Shown piece by piece: positions 1-11,383 of a stretch of 64,000 nucleotides of DNA. Source of the DNA: Amoebophrya sp. A120 (taxonomy: Eukaryota > Protista > Dinoflagellata). The position numbers and the translations under genes are program-made. The stretch lies in assembly GCA_905178155.1 (NCBI GenBank), contig CAJINV010000002.1, forward strand, positions 10,148,146-10,212,145, written 5' to 3'. A model generated the notes under the pieces. The model had not been told where the DNA came from and did no database searches. It saw only the letters and a list, made by a program, of their open reading frames with translations. Each line of letters begins with the position of its first letter. Position 1 is the first letter of the stretch.

Positions 1-200
1 CCATTATGGAAGCCGTTTGTCATGCTGTTTGGCCTAAAGGGGAGCTGTTTGCCATGCTGAACAACTAGACCCAGACGCCTCTGCCTAGGCTGGGTATCTG
101 GCCGCAGTGCCTTCTTGCAATACAAAGCGCATTTGTGTACACAAATCCAGCATCAGAAGTTCCGTTTTGATATGGGGAGGGGGGATTTTTCATTTTGATA
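1..200. mobile_element. Introner-like TIR element, family B (left end outside window), inside PRMT gene
   Basis: Ends TTCCGTTTTGATATGGGGAGGGGGGATTTTTCATTTTGATA, the same terminus as elements 27358-27668 and 42821-43152; PRMT coding (ILAMFAVQAGA) resumes right after. Confidence 0.85.
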
Positions 201-1957
201 GAATCCTCGCCATGTTCGCCGTGCAGGCCGGCGCGGCCAAGGTCTACGCGGTGGAGATGTTATCAAATGTAAAAATGTCTGGGTCTGGAAGAATGCAGCC
301 TGTCATGCTAAGTCTGCAACAAGCAAGAATCTGTGTTGCATGATTACCAAAAGTCGTCCAGTTTTGACCAAGTCGGGAAGGAGTTTCTCATGCAGGATAG
401 GCATGAGAGACATCGCACAGAATCTGTCATGCTAGGTCCTGCATTCCAGACCTCATGGGTCATGGAAAAGCTGCATGACAAACCGCTCACTCTTCCAGAC
501 CCAGACATTTTTACAATTGATAGATGTCGGATATCATCGAGATTGGAAAGGAGATAGTCGAGCTCAATTCAAGCAAAACCTATGAAGAGGGCGACTCGAG
601 GAACCAGTTTCAAGAAAGCGGGAATTATCGAATGCCGAGCGGTAGAAAAAGAAGGAGGAAGAAGGCGAAAAGCCAATACGACACAACATCATCACCCCTG
701 CACCACGATTATCGGTCGAAGATCGAGTTCTTCAAGTGCGATGCGCAGAAGCTACCGATCGATCGAAATTCCGTGGACATCATCATAAGCGAATGGATGG
801 GCTACCTGCTGCTGTACGAGAGCATGTGTGACGTGATTGTGAATTGCCGGGATCTGTACCTGAAGCCAGACGGCCTGATGTTTCCGGACCGGTGCTGCAT
901 CTACCTGGCCGGCTGCGACGACGCGAAAAAGTACCATGAGCAGGTCCAAAAGAAGTTCCCTTTGTCAGAAGCTTTGGAGAAAAATCAGCCAAGCCAAGCC
1001 AAGTTTATTTCTGACGACAAGAACAGTGCGAGACCGTTCACTGGACGAAAGGAAGGCGAAGTACATCAAGAATTTTCGAAGCTGCACCTTGAAGACCCCA
1101 CTCCCATCTCCTTTGCGCCTTTCACCTCCGAGCTGGTTTTCAAAAACGCGATCGTGGCGGAAGTGGAGCACCGGGAGCTGATTTCGACGCCCGCGCGAGT
1201 GTTCGACATCGATTTGCGGACGGTAACGGTGCCGGAGCTCGATTTCAAAACCGCCTTTGAACTGCAGGTCGTCGCTCCGACAAGCAGCAGCGAGCATGAC
1301 GAAAAGCACAAAACGCGCCACTTGCGCAGCTTTTGCGCCTGGTTCTCTTGCGGGTACAGCTGTTTGCCGAGGAAAATCGCAGAGGCAGAACCTTTCGCAG
1401 GGTCGAGTAGCAAAATAAAGGCGGGGAGCGGTAGAAAAGCGAAAAACGAAACGCGCGACATCATGCGCACGACGTCGGTTGTGGAGGAGGCGTTTTTGCA
1501 CGGCCCGATCTTCGACGACGAGGCTTTATTCGAAACGGATTTGGCCAACGTCGCGCTGCTCGGCGAGATCGAAACTGGTCTGGAGCAAGTGGAGGTGGAC
1601 CCACACGACGAAGCATCTAACAAACAGGATGCCGGGCCGGGTTCCGTTACTAGCAGGTCAACATCATCGTCCACCAAAGAGCCTCTCGTGCACCAGGAGA
1701 TACTTAACACATCGCCGCTCACACCGATGTCGCATTGGCGTCAGGTCTTGTTCTTCTTGGACCACGGACCCGCAAGGGCAAGCCTGGCCTTGCCGGAGAA
1801 GACCTTGATCAGGGGAAGTTTTTCTTTGCGGAAATTTTACGAGAACAACTACCGCGATCTGGTCATAGACATCGAGTATGAAGTTAGTGGCGTTGAGGTG
1901 GAGAAGTTAGAGGAGGATGTTGTTCGTAAGCGAAGTCAGCAGTTTTTTCTGCGATAA
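201..1957 (+). CDS. Type I protein arginine methyltransferase (PRMT1/3-like), 5' partial; exons ~201-260 and 528-1957
   Basis: Joined sequence ILAMFAVQAGAAKVYAVEMSDIIEIGKEIV; double-E loop VDIIISEWMGYLLLYESM; YLKPDGLMFPD; THW-like loop SHWRQ. Confidence 0.9.
261..522. mobile_element. Introner-like TIR element, family A (subfamily A1), 262 bp
   Basis: TIR TATCAAATGTAAAAATGTCTGGGTCTGGAAGA ... TCTTCCAGACCCAGACATTTTTACAATTGATA; direct repeat GATGT at 256-260 and 523-527; removal restores VEMSDI. Confidence 0.95.
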
Positions 1958-2269
1958 AATGTTTTAGCGACTGGCCGTGGTCAATTCGACTAAGGATGAT
2001 CGATTATGGTCTGAGCGTGTATGGCAATCAAGCTCCTGCTCGTCAAGATGCAGAAAGCGCATCCTGTGTATACGAATGAATCGGAAAACAAAGAGGAGGC
2101 CAAACAGCTCGACCTCTTCAACATGACATTCGGGAGGTCGTATGGCGATGCCGTTGTGTTCGTATCTCTGACCCGTTTGACCTTCGTGACTGTTTACCGA
2201 CGTCGGCGAATGCACTTCTCTGGCGCAATTCCATGCCAGTACGAGCATGCTCGGTCCACCTTTTCCAGA

Positions 2270-4440
2270 AAAGGCGCCGCCGTGGATTGCCTTGGCGTCG
2301 GTGGAAATTTGCCTGCGGGCGCTCTGATTGCCCTGGCCCGGCGGGCCGGGTGGCGGAGCGAAGCCCTTGCGCTTTGGGATCCCCAGGCCGTTGCCCCGGA
2401 GTAGGCTGGCGCAGTTTCAGCCTTGCGCGGTAGGAAGAGACGGAGGCGGGCGAGGTCTTGGAATCGCTGCAAAAAGCGGCCACCGATGGGAGAGCGACCG
2501 CCGAGAACGCGCCCCAAAAAGAAGGCGGCCGGGCGCGGCGGCCCCAGGCACAGGGGGCGCGGTGGCCTGCTGTGGTCGTCGCGCCTGCCCGCGCGCTTGC
2601 ACTCATAGGTCCCGGGCGCATGAAAAGCATGCGGCTCGTTGTGGAGTGTTTGTTCTGCAGCCGTATGGCCACGCACTTCGCCGGCCGGGCCGGAGTAGGC
2701 GCTTCGTCCGGCGCCGGGCCCTATGGGGGCAGCGCGGGAAGGACCGAAGACGGCGGGCAGCGCCCGGCCCTTTCCGGAAGAAGAGCTTACCGGGCCTGAA
2801 AGCGGTAGCGCAGAGTATTCCGATGAAATTCGGGACACTGGGCGCGCGTATTTTCTGCGTTTCTCCCCTGCGGAAGCCTGGGGATGTCGCCCGCAATGCC
2901 TCGGGCAGCCACCCGTGGAGCGAGCTCGCAGGGGGCGCTCCGGGTGGCCCCGGCAACGAACGGACCGGGGCCAAAGCTGGAGAAAAGCGACGACCGCACA
3001 CGCAGGGCCCGACCGAGAGGGGAAGCGTTGCCCGGCGGGGCCGGGGGAAGGCAGGGAGGTGGGCCAGGGAAGCGGCCCAGCGGGCGCGCGACATTGTATC
3101 CAATGACCATGCCCGCGCCCTGCCCAAGTGGCGACGGCAGCAAGGGAGGGGGCCCAGGGCCGGGCGGGCTGCGACATTGCTCGCGGGCCATAAAGCAGCA
3201 AGCGGTAGGCAGAACAAGGCGCCGGCCGGCCAGGCAGGCGCGCGCCGCGAGTGCTTCGCGCCGGCAGATGCCCGCTTCGCGCGCTGGTCCATCTCGTACA
3301 AATGCCGCTGGGGCCGCACCCTTGCGGACGGGGCGCGCCGTCTGGCCTTCTCCCCCAAGGCCGCCCGCCGGCGATTTCCCAGCCACCAATGGCAAGCGGC
3401 CAGCGCTTTGGTGTGTCCTTTTTTTCTCCGGGGTGCCCCGCACAGTGCTGGCACGCGATGGCAGCATGGAGCGCGATTGCTACAGAAAGAAGGGCGCTCG
3501 CGGATAATGGCGGGCGCCGATTGGAGGCGCGGGAAGGCGGCCAGCCCCGCGGGCTGCGCGTAGCAGAGTAAAAGCCCCGGACGAGGTTCCCGCTCCCGCC
3601 ACTGCGCCGGAAAGAGCCGGCGCGTATTATGGGGCCCGCCCGCGCTGGGCTTGCGCCTGGGCCGGCCCCTCGGGCCGCGCGCGTGCCCCCCCGAAGCAAG
3701 GCCCGCGGGCGGAGTACTTCGCCCGCGTAACCTTCGCCCTCATCGGGACAGCCTTCGTCCTCATCCGGTCCGCCCGATGTTCCTCCAGCAATCCGAGATC
3801 CTGCTCGTGTTTCTTTGCTTTAGCCGACCAGAGGGACTTCTTCGATCGCGGCGAAAAGATCGCGATGAGCGCGAACCGCTGCGGCTAGGATACTTACGTC
3901 GACGCGGCGGCGTGGAAAAGAAGATGGTAGGGGAGATGGTGGAGGCGGCGGCGGCGGGGAAGGTGAACGGAAAAGAAAAGGCCGAGGCACTGCGCTGCGG
4001 CGCCGCAATCCACTTGGTCTGCTCGGCTCGCTTCCTCGCCGGCCGAGAAATGGCCCGCCTTTGAAAAGGTTGGCAAAATTGGTAAAGGGCGGACCCGGAG
4101 GCGGGGGAGGCCCCAGCTCTTCCGGGGGTTGCCCGCGCCCATTTCTTGCACGCAGCAGGCGGCCGCCCGCTCGGGCGCCGCCGCCCGATCCGCGCCCGCC
4201 CGGATATTCCCCTCCGGGGCGCCATGCCGCCGGCCGGAGGGGGGTTGGTGCTCTGCTCATGTGCCGCAGTGCGCCGCGACTACCATGGTGTGGGTGCCCG
4301 TGTGGTGCGCGGCTTAGCGCTTTACTTTGCTCTTTCCACATTGAGTGATCTGCGTGTCTCTCTGTTTGCAGGGTGGCGCGGCGGTTCAGCTTATCTGCGC
4401 GCAACATATAGTGGACGGGCGCCTCTTCCTGGGGGGCAAG
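2270..4440. other. GC-rich, homopolymer-rich island of unknown nature
   Basis: Abrupt shift to very high GC; overlapping Arg/Gly/Pro/Ala ORFs in most frames with no recognisable domain; boundaries approximate. Confidence 0.5.
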
Positions 4441-4591
4441 TGTTCTAATTCGCGTTTCTTTTGCAGTGCTGCGTGTTTTTTTCGAAATGCCCCAGCAAGC
4501 GCATAGCCGAACATGAGCAGCGTACGGAGTTGATTGACGGTGCGCAGTTGCGTGTCGACTCGGTTCTTGTGCAGAAATAATAATATTGCCG

Positions 4592-6007
4592 ATGTCGCAG
4601 TTCTCCCACTTTCGTGCGACTCTGAGACATGGCGTCAATCGTTTGGACAAGCTTGCGGACGGGTTGTCCATCGTTGCTCCTTGCTGGGCAATCAGTTCTG
4701 TTGCCTTTGCTGGTTTGTACTTGAAGCGAAAGCGAGACGTGGTTCTTCAGGGGCATTTGCTGCTTGCTGAGCACTCGAGCAGCAGCGATCCCGAACAGAC
4801 TTTCACGGGATTCGGATCTGCAGAAGATAGGCCTTCATTGCTGCCCTTCTGGTCACAAATTCTCACAGGACCTTATCCCCGCTTCGCAACTCTAACCGAC
4901 GGCGCGGGCGCGCGCACGGGTGTCTGGACGTTCAGCAATGGAGTCCGACTGTTTGCCGAAGAGAGCATCCGAGTCGCGAATGAGGATCCCGGCAAAAGAG
5001 GAAAAGGAGAGGAGCGTGGCAGTCTGAATGCGGAAAACGCAACATCTACTTCATACCCTCGCGACTCTCGACTGCTTGCGATTCGCAGGACATCGGACGC
5101 CGAATGGAATACCCGCGGAACCACTTTCTGGGGATCTCGTTTTGGCTTTTTTCTGAGAAACGAATTGCTTCCAGAATCACTCTTACCGAAGACGCCAGCA
5201 GCCTTTTTGGTTGCGGACTGGAAAGTAAAAAAAGTGGAAAGTAGAACTACGGAGAGCACGGCGGTACCGTCGGGACAGCAGCATGCGAGAGATGAGTCTT
5301 CTACAGCTGTTTCTACAGCTCCACTCACCTCGAGTTCTAAGTTGGCGCTTCTCTGCTCTTCCCTCGCAGTGGGAGCCATGGCATTCGCGTGGGGCTCAGT
5401 GCTGCGGGATGCGTGGGCGCGACGGCAGGCGTTGCTGTTCGTAAAGGAGTATCTGCGGAAGACAAACGTGATACAGGAGATAGCACCTCCGTTGACCAAA
5501 AGCAATCTCGGCAAAAATCTAGCTTCTACTTTTGGTCACACTCCCCCCGGTGCTGTTGGAGCCTCAACATCCCTCGGTGCTGGCGCACCATCTGGAGCAG
5601 CGCTTAATTCAAGGTCACGCGTGTCAGCAAGGTCGAGGTTTCTTCCGCTCGACTTTGCCGAGGAAATGGGGAAGAGAAATTACGACCAAGGATCGAACTT
5701 TTCTTCGTCCCTTTTTTCCACTCGGAAAGCGGCGGATTTAGCAAGCGGAATGTTGTCGAGAAAAGCTGCTGTTGCTGGTGGCGCACCAGTTCCGACGTCA
5801 CACCAGGAAGATGCAGATGGCGCAAGTGATAAATTCCAACTTATACTCGAGTCGGGAAGCTTGCAGAAGGATCGCATTCAGGCCGTGTTTAGAATAAAGC
5901 TAGCAGGAGCTACAACTACTCGCAGGAGCCACTTTTACCGGTGCGCCGCCTGGCGGCACCCGTTCGACCAACAATGGATGGTGACCGAGGGAAAACTTGT
6001 CCTGTGA
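4592..6007 (+). CDS. Hypothetical protein with hydrophobic (probable transmembrane) segments
   Basis: Uninterrupted ~471-aa ORF, co-oriented with neighbours; hydrophobic stretch LALLCSSLAVGAMAFAWGSVL. Confidence 0.65.
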   Translation: MSQFSHFRATLRHGVNRLDKLADGLSIVAPCWAISSVAFAGLYLKRKRDVVLQGHLLLAEHSSSSDPEQTFTGFGSAEDRPSLLPFWSQILTGPYPRFATLTDGAGARTGVWTFSNGVRLFAEESIRVANEDPGKRGKGEERGSLNAENATSTSYPRDSRLLAIRRTSDAEWNTRGTTFWGSRFGFFLRNELLPESLLPKTPAAFLVADWKVKKVESRTTESTAVPSGQQHARDESSTAVSTAPLTSSSKLALLCSSLAVGAMAFAWGSVLRDAWARRQALLFVKEYLRKTNVIQEIAPPLTKSNLGKNLASTFGHTPPGAVGASTSLGAGAPSGAALNSRSRVSARSRFLPLDFAEEMGKRNYDQGSNFSSSLFSTRKAADLASGMLSRKAAVAGGAPVPTSHQEDADGASDKFQLILESGSLQKDRIQAVFRIKLAGATTTRRSHFYRCAAWRHPFDQQWMVTEGKLVL

Positions 6008-6562
6008 CCGATATTTTTGGTGATAAGAAAAAGACACAACATGATCATGTGACTATTCATCTCACTCTTCGCCTTTTCTGTTTTATTTTGTCACACACAG
6101 CACAACGAGCGTTGCCTCTAGTCGTCGACTGGAGATGGTTCTACTTCTGCAATTTCTGTAAGGTCGTTCTGTTTTATCGGTGTCGTCGTCGTTCAACTGT
6201 TCAATCGTGAAGATAGCTTTGGTTTCTTAATAAGAAGTCGTGCGTTGGACTCTGCTTTCACAAATTCGGGGATGGCGCATCGTACAGAATGTCGTTTTGA
6301 ATGCTGTGTCCTGCTTGTTGGTTTTCGCGCTATAATAAGCACCAACGTTTCTCCTGTTCGCTTGTTTATCGTTCGTCAGGCTTTACTTCCTCTCCCGGCA
6401 AGCATTCCCCTCGTTCCTGCGTAGTAACAAGATTTCCTTCTGCCAACCAACCATTATGTCATCCCATCAAAAGAGTTGCTGGTAATTCGACTTGGCTGGG
6501 TTTCATCACATCCTCTGAATCATATCACAGCTCAGAACGGCCTACAGACCTTAGTATTTCGA

Positions 6563-7530
6563 ATGGGCGCCCAGTGCTGCTGCGAGGGTCGAGGAAACAA
6601 ATCTTTCCGCAGCGATTCTTTCTTTTCCGCCGCTCCGACCGCTGGCGCGGAGTCTGCGCACCAGGGTTTTAACGCGCAGCAAACCATAGTGCCAGCGAAT
6701 GAGGCAAGAACGCAGAAAAACCAGGACCGAAAACAAGCGGTTCTCGCCGAGCAACAGGTGGTCGCTCCGCGCGGCTTGAAACACCAGGCGACCCTCCCGG
6801 TCACGGGGAAAAAGGGAAGCAAGGGAACGTCGTCTTTCAGAGTAGACAAAGCAACGACGTCCGCGCAGACACCGAGCCCGAACGCCTCCATGTGGCCGCA
6901 ACAATACGAGTCGGGAAGGGCGACTGCGCCAGTTTCCACGATGTCTTCGCAGAACTTCATCACTCAGAAAGGAGGAAAGATCAGTAGCATGATGACCGCC
7001 GGCGTCGACGTTCCTAACCGCAGAGATTTCGGCGAGACACAGTTTATGGTTGCCGACATGGCGATGCACGAGCCGGAATTGGCTAAGCAATGGGGCGTGG
7101 CCGGGGAACAGACGATAAGGTTTATGCACCCCTCGATGTACACCACGATGGGGGCAACGAAACGAAACTTCCTATCAACTGTAAAAATGTCTGGGCCTGG
7201 AAGATTCTGACACTTGTCATGCACGTTTTGCATGAGCCATGATGTCTGTGATGCGTACCCTAGCAATACAGATTTTTTGAGGGCTTTTTGATGCGTATTC
7301 CGCATGACAAATGCCTCCTCAGCGTAGCAAAAATTGCTTTTCCTTTCCTTTGGTACTCATGCAATACAAATTTTTTTGGAATCCAAATGCAGCATGACAA
7401 GTTGCAATCTTCCAGACCCAGACACTTTTACATTTGATACTTCCCGGGCGAGGACAACGCTAGGCTTCCGGCCGGAGAGTCCCGAGGGCAAGTAGAACTC
7501 GATAATTTTGCTGGCGGACAGAAACAGTAG
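6563..7530 (+). CDS. Hypothetical protein with probable N-myristoylation/palmitoylation start; exons 6563-7172 and 7445-7530
   Basis: Starts MGAQCCC; after removing the element the frame continues KRNFPGEDNARLPAGESRGQVELDNFAGGQKQ*. Confidence 0.7.
7173..7439. mobile_element. Introner-like TIR element, family A, 267 bp
   Basis: TATCAACTGTAAAAATGTCTGGGCCTGGAAGA ... TCTTCCAGACCCAGACACTTTTACATTTGATA; direct repeat CTTCC at 7168-7172 and 7440-7444; interior similar to 43219-43478. Confidence 0.93.
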
Positions 7531-8015
7531 ATGAGTGAAATTGTGAACAGATAAGTTCTTCTTGTCGCGCAACGCCCTTTCATCTTTCTACTTTATCTTC
7601 TTCTTCGGCAGTTTGAGAACGAAAGACTCGACAAGCAGAGTTCTCTATATTCATATGCTCTTTCTTGGGGTTCACCATGGGACGAGCAGCGATAGTGTTC
7701 TGATCTTCACAAGCAACAAGCACTTCTCACTTGGGCAAGGCTTTAGAGAGATTCCAAAGTAGAGATGGGAGTGATGAAAGATGCGGGTGCAACAATTGAA
7801 TCTGAATGGGTGATAGTCCGACGATTCTGTACGGTCTTTTTGCGTTGTTATGCGATAAAAGACGTGTCTCGTACTACCCGTTTTTACTAGCAAGTGTTGC
7901 AACGGTCCCGCAGCCTTGTTTCTGCTTAGAGGGTATAGTGGCACTTCAACTCCACCGTAAGTAACTCGGTGCAAAAGAAGGCCTTTCCTTGTCGAACAAA
8001 AAAGCAGAAGAAAAA

Positions 8016-9383
8016 ATGACTCACATCGTCAATGGCACCCGGTTTCCCCTGTGGGAGGTTCCGGGGCTGTGGGACCCAAGCGAGGACCAGGTGCCGCGGA
8101 AGAAGTTTTTCTCCCCTTTCGACGGGCAGTGCGCGGTCACATACAAGATCGACCCAGCTGAGGTGGACGCAGAGTTGCGACGGATCGAACTGCTGAAGCA
8201 GAAGGAAAAGAGCGCCGCTGTGGCTACCTCCGAGAAGAAAAACAAGGAGTTTCTGAAGTTGCAGAGGGTCGAAGCGGAAAAGCAGGCGAAACGCGACGCG
8301 AGCTCGTCGCTCCTGGCTTCCGCGGTTGGGGCGGCTAATACCGGTGGAGCAGAGGGAGGAGATGGTGAGCACGATGAAAACAAGATGGATCTTTCAGGTG
8401 CGACACCATCTGCTACTGCGGGTTTGCTTTCCGAGAGCGGGAATAGCAAGCCTATGAAAACCGCAGGAGCATCATCTTCATCATCCAAAGCAGGCACAGC
8501 GACAAAGATGAACAAAATGAAATCCGCCTCTACTTCCGAAAAAGTCCTCGACAAGAACCCTGCATCGCCATCAACGGTAGCCATGAAAGCCGCGAAAAAG
8601 CGGAAGCTAGAGAATCAAGCGATTACCGCTGGGAGGAAAAGTGACTCGAAGATGCCCGCGGCCACATTGCTGCCGTTCGTACCCGAGCAGCAGGGGCCGA
8701 TGATTGCAGACGCGGGGACAGCATCAAAGAAGAAGAACTCTTCCTCTACGTCGGCGGCACTGGCATCGCCGATGATCATGTCAAATCCGGACGAAAATGA
8801 AAATGATCCCGAACATGTTCTTGAGAACGACGATCTTGCAATGCAGAGCCCGGTGCTTAGCAAAGAAAAACCTGGTACTGTGGACAAGCATCCACTGAAA
8901 TTGAAGATGCGAACGAAGAACACGTCCATGATGAACGGTTTCGCCAACGCGGAGCCGCAGTCGCCCAGCGCCGTGAAGATTAACCCGAACGTGAATCTGC
9001 TGAAGAACAAGGCGCAGTTTGTCAAGCGGCGCGACCCCTGGGCGGAGAAGCGGTTTTGCGTGCCCACGGCGTGCTTCAAGCGGATGCTGAAAAACTCCAT
9101 TCTGAAGGAGACGAAAAACACCAAACTGTACAAGCTGAATTTGGAGGCCGTTCTGATGCTGCAGGAGGCGGGAGAGAGGTTTCTAACCGGTGTGATGGAG
9201 GACTGCAACGTGTGCGCGAAACACGGAAAGCGGAAGACGGTCATGTCCCGGGACCTCATGCTCACCATGCGGATTCGCGGACAGTTTGGTTGGGCCGCCA
9301 ACAAAGACGTGAATCGCACCTACGGGAAGGATCAAGGTACTTATACACATACTAAGATCTTCAGATCCTACTTTTCGGAGTAG
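8016..9383 (+). CDS. Divergent histone H3-fold protein with long N-terminal extension (CenH3 candidate)
   Basis: C-terminal CFKRMLKNS...AVLMLQEAGERFLTGVMEDCNVCAKHGKRKTVMSRDLMLTMRIRG aligns with H3 PFQRLVREI...[45 protein letters not shown]. Confidence 0.8.
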   Translation: MTHIVNGTRFPLWEVPGLWDPSEDQVPRKKFFSPFDGQCAVTYKIDPAEVDAELRRIELLKQKEKSAAVATSEKKNKEFLKLQRVEAEKQAKRDASSSLLASAVGAANTGGAEGGDGEHDENKMDLSGATPSATAGLLSESGNSKPMKTAGASSSSSKAGTATKMNKMKSASTSEKVLDKNPASPSTVAMKAAKKRKLENQAITAGRKSDSKMPAATLLPFVPEQQGPMIADAGTASKKKNSSSTSAALASPMIMSNPDENENDPEHVLENDDLAMQSPVLSKEKPGTVDKHPLKLKMRTKNTSMMNGFANAEPQSPSAVKINPNVNLLKNKAQFVKRRDPWAEKRFCVPTACFKRMLKNSILKETKNTKLYKLNLEAVLMLQEAGERFLTGVMEDCNVCAKHGKRKTVMSRDLMLTMRIRGQFGWAANKDVNRTYGKDQGTYTHTKIFRSYFSE

Positions 9384-9497
9384 ATAATTTTCTACGATTC
9401 TGTGCGGAAAAAAGTAGGACTTCAGTAGAGAACACTTTATTGCGATAAACAAGACATTCCGAGACACATAAAATCTATCACTCACAAAACAGCGAAC

Positions 9498-10475
9498 ATG
9501 TTCCTGAAGCCCCCGTCCGCGTCGCAACCCCCGAAGGGGAACGTCGCGCAACTACAGGAACAGGATGTATTTGGCGCTGTCACGAGTTCCACGTCCGTTG
9601 GGCAACAAGGGTTGACCGGTCTTTTCGACTTCAACGTGACCCCCGGCATGACTGCGGGTGCGACTCCGGGCGCGACCCCTGGCATGGAGTCCGCTGGCGG
9701 TCGCGGTACTAGCACTGGTGCTGTTGTAGTTCTTGATAGCGATCAGGAGCGGGCGGTCACGCCGGCGGGATTGAACAACGTGAAGAGGCAGGACATGATC
9801 AGCGGCACTGAGGTGAACCTGATGTTGAATCACCCTCCAGCTGTGATAAAGACTTCCTCATCCAGGACGAATCACATGCAGAGTAATACGATGCAGTCCA
9901 GCCCTTTCCAAGTAGACCAAAGCAGCGCAGTTATGGCCGCACCGAGACCTGTGCGTGGACCGCGTCAACATCTACCTGAATCGTCCGTCGAAATCTTCAA
10001 TTCGACGGAAAACTTCTTGCAAAATTTGAAATCCTCCAACTCCGGAACCTCAACTTCGGCCGCTTTAGATAAAAACAAGACGAACAAGCATGCGACCTAC
10101 CATTCGTCCTCGTCTGCCTCTGCTGCCTCGGCGTCGGGTTCTGCCTCGGCGGGTGCCGCTGCGCTGCACCGAGGACGCCAGCACTCCGGGGGCGGGTCGA
10201 GCAACACTAATAATGTGGACCTCGAGGGGGATTTCGTGGGTTCTCTGGGTGCACCAGACGGGGGGAGCAAAAGAGGTAGCGACATCGGTTTCAAAAACGG
10301 ATTGAGCCGAAGTAAACCGCAGCCGTCGTTCCTCGATACGCTGAACAGGCAGGAAAGCGGGTTCAGTACGAGCGAGACACCGAGAAGTCTGTCGCAGATC
10401 TCGGCTATTGACGAAAATGAGAAGTACGAACAAGATGGAAACCTGGACGACGTGGAGTCGCCGAGTTTCCGGTAG
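9498..10475 (+). CDS. Hypothetical Ser-rich low-complexity protein
   Basis: 325-aa ATG-initiated ORF, composition like other genes here, followed by AT-rich spacer. Confidence 0.65.
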   Translation: MFLKPPSASQPPKGNVAQLQEQDVFGAVTSSTSVGQQGLTGLFDFNVTPGMTAGATPGATPGMESAGGRGTSTGAVVVLDSDQERAVTPAGLNNVKRQDMISGTEVNLMLNHPPAVIKTSSSRTNHMQSNTMQSSPFQVDQSSAVMAAPRPVRGPRQHLPESSVEIFNSTENFLQNLKSSNSGTSTSAALDKNKTNKHATYHSSSSASAASASGSASAGAAALHRGRQHSGGGSSNTNNVDLEGDFVGSLGAPDGGSKRGSDIGFKNGLSRSKPQPSFLDTLNRQESGFSTSETPRSLSQISAIDENEKYEQDGNLDDVESPSFR

Positions 10476-11383
10476 TGGAAAAGACGACAGCTTTCGAAGA
10501 AAGCAGAAAGGTGTGTTTTCGGTTTCCGGTTTAGCTTAACGGGGTAAAAAGTTGCAAATGAATTGCACGCATTCGCATCAGAAGCATTCGATAACATATT
10601 CTATCATAAATTATGAATCCCATGTATATTGTCTCTTATTTTTTCGTATGGTCCTCATGAACATGATCACCTCATTTCATCCTTTTTTTTCAAAAAAAAA
10701 AAACATCCTGCCGAAATTTTGCCTTCAGTGACAGCTGAGCGTAAGGGTGCTCCACATTGCAGCGAAGAAGAAATCAACACAACAGAAACTCGGTCTCATC
10801 ACATGCGAAACAGGCATCTAATGAACGCATGCGAAAATAAAATTGACGCGATGCTGCATTCTACCAAGTAATGCTGCATGCACCACGAGGACCACTGTTT
10901 CTCGGCCTATTGCTTCTGAACTATTGTTCATGAATGTTGAATAGGTTGTGAGTTTTCTAGGAGGAGGCACCTGTATCAAGGTTTTGCCATGAAGCTTCTT
11001 TCGTAGCAAAACGAAGACTGGAGTGATTTTTGAGCCGCAGCAACAGCAACAACTTTGAAAGGACATGCTTTTATCTGAAGATATCGTAAAAACGGTTTAC
11101 ATGCGAGAGAACCACGTCTTGCAGCACTGCCTTATTCATACATGATGGGTTTTCTTGATTTAGTTTCAGATAAAACACTAGGAAGCCACACATTTTTGAG
11201 ACGTTTTGCAAATGTAGAATGAGAAAACTATTGAAGTGATCTTCGAAAAGCTGTAACTAGAAGACAGAGAAAGTCTGCTACTGAAAATGTATGAACTGAA
11301 GCGGAAATAATAAAACCAGCAAAATATCCCGGAAGGCGGAAGCGGAGAAGCGGAAGTCTAAAATACTTTACGTTTACAGCATT

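Noticed and set aside
2194-3699. Long ORFs (501, 411, 283 aa) in the GC-rich island
   Set aside because: Overlapping Arg/Gly/Pro/Ala ORFs expected from stop-codon scarcity at high GC; no domain recognised.
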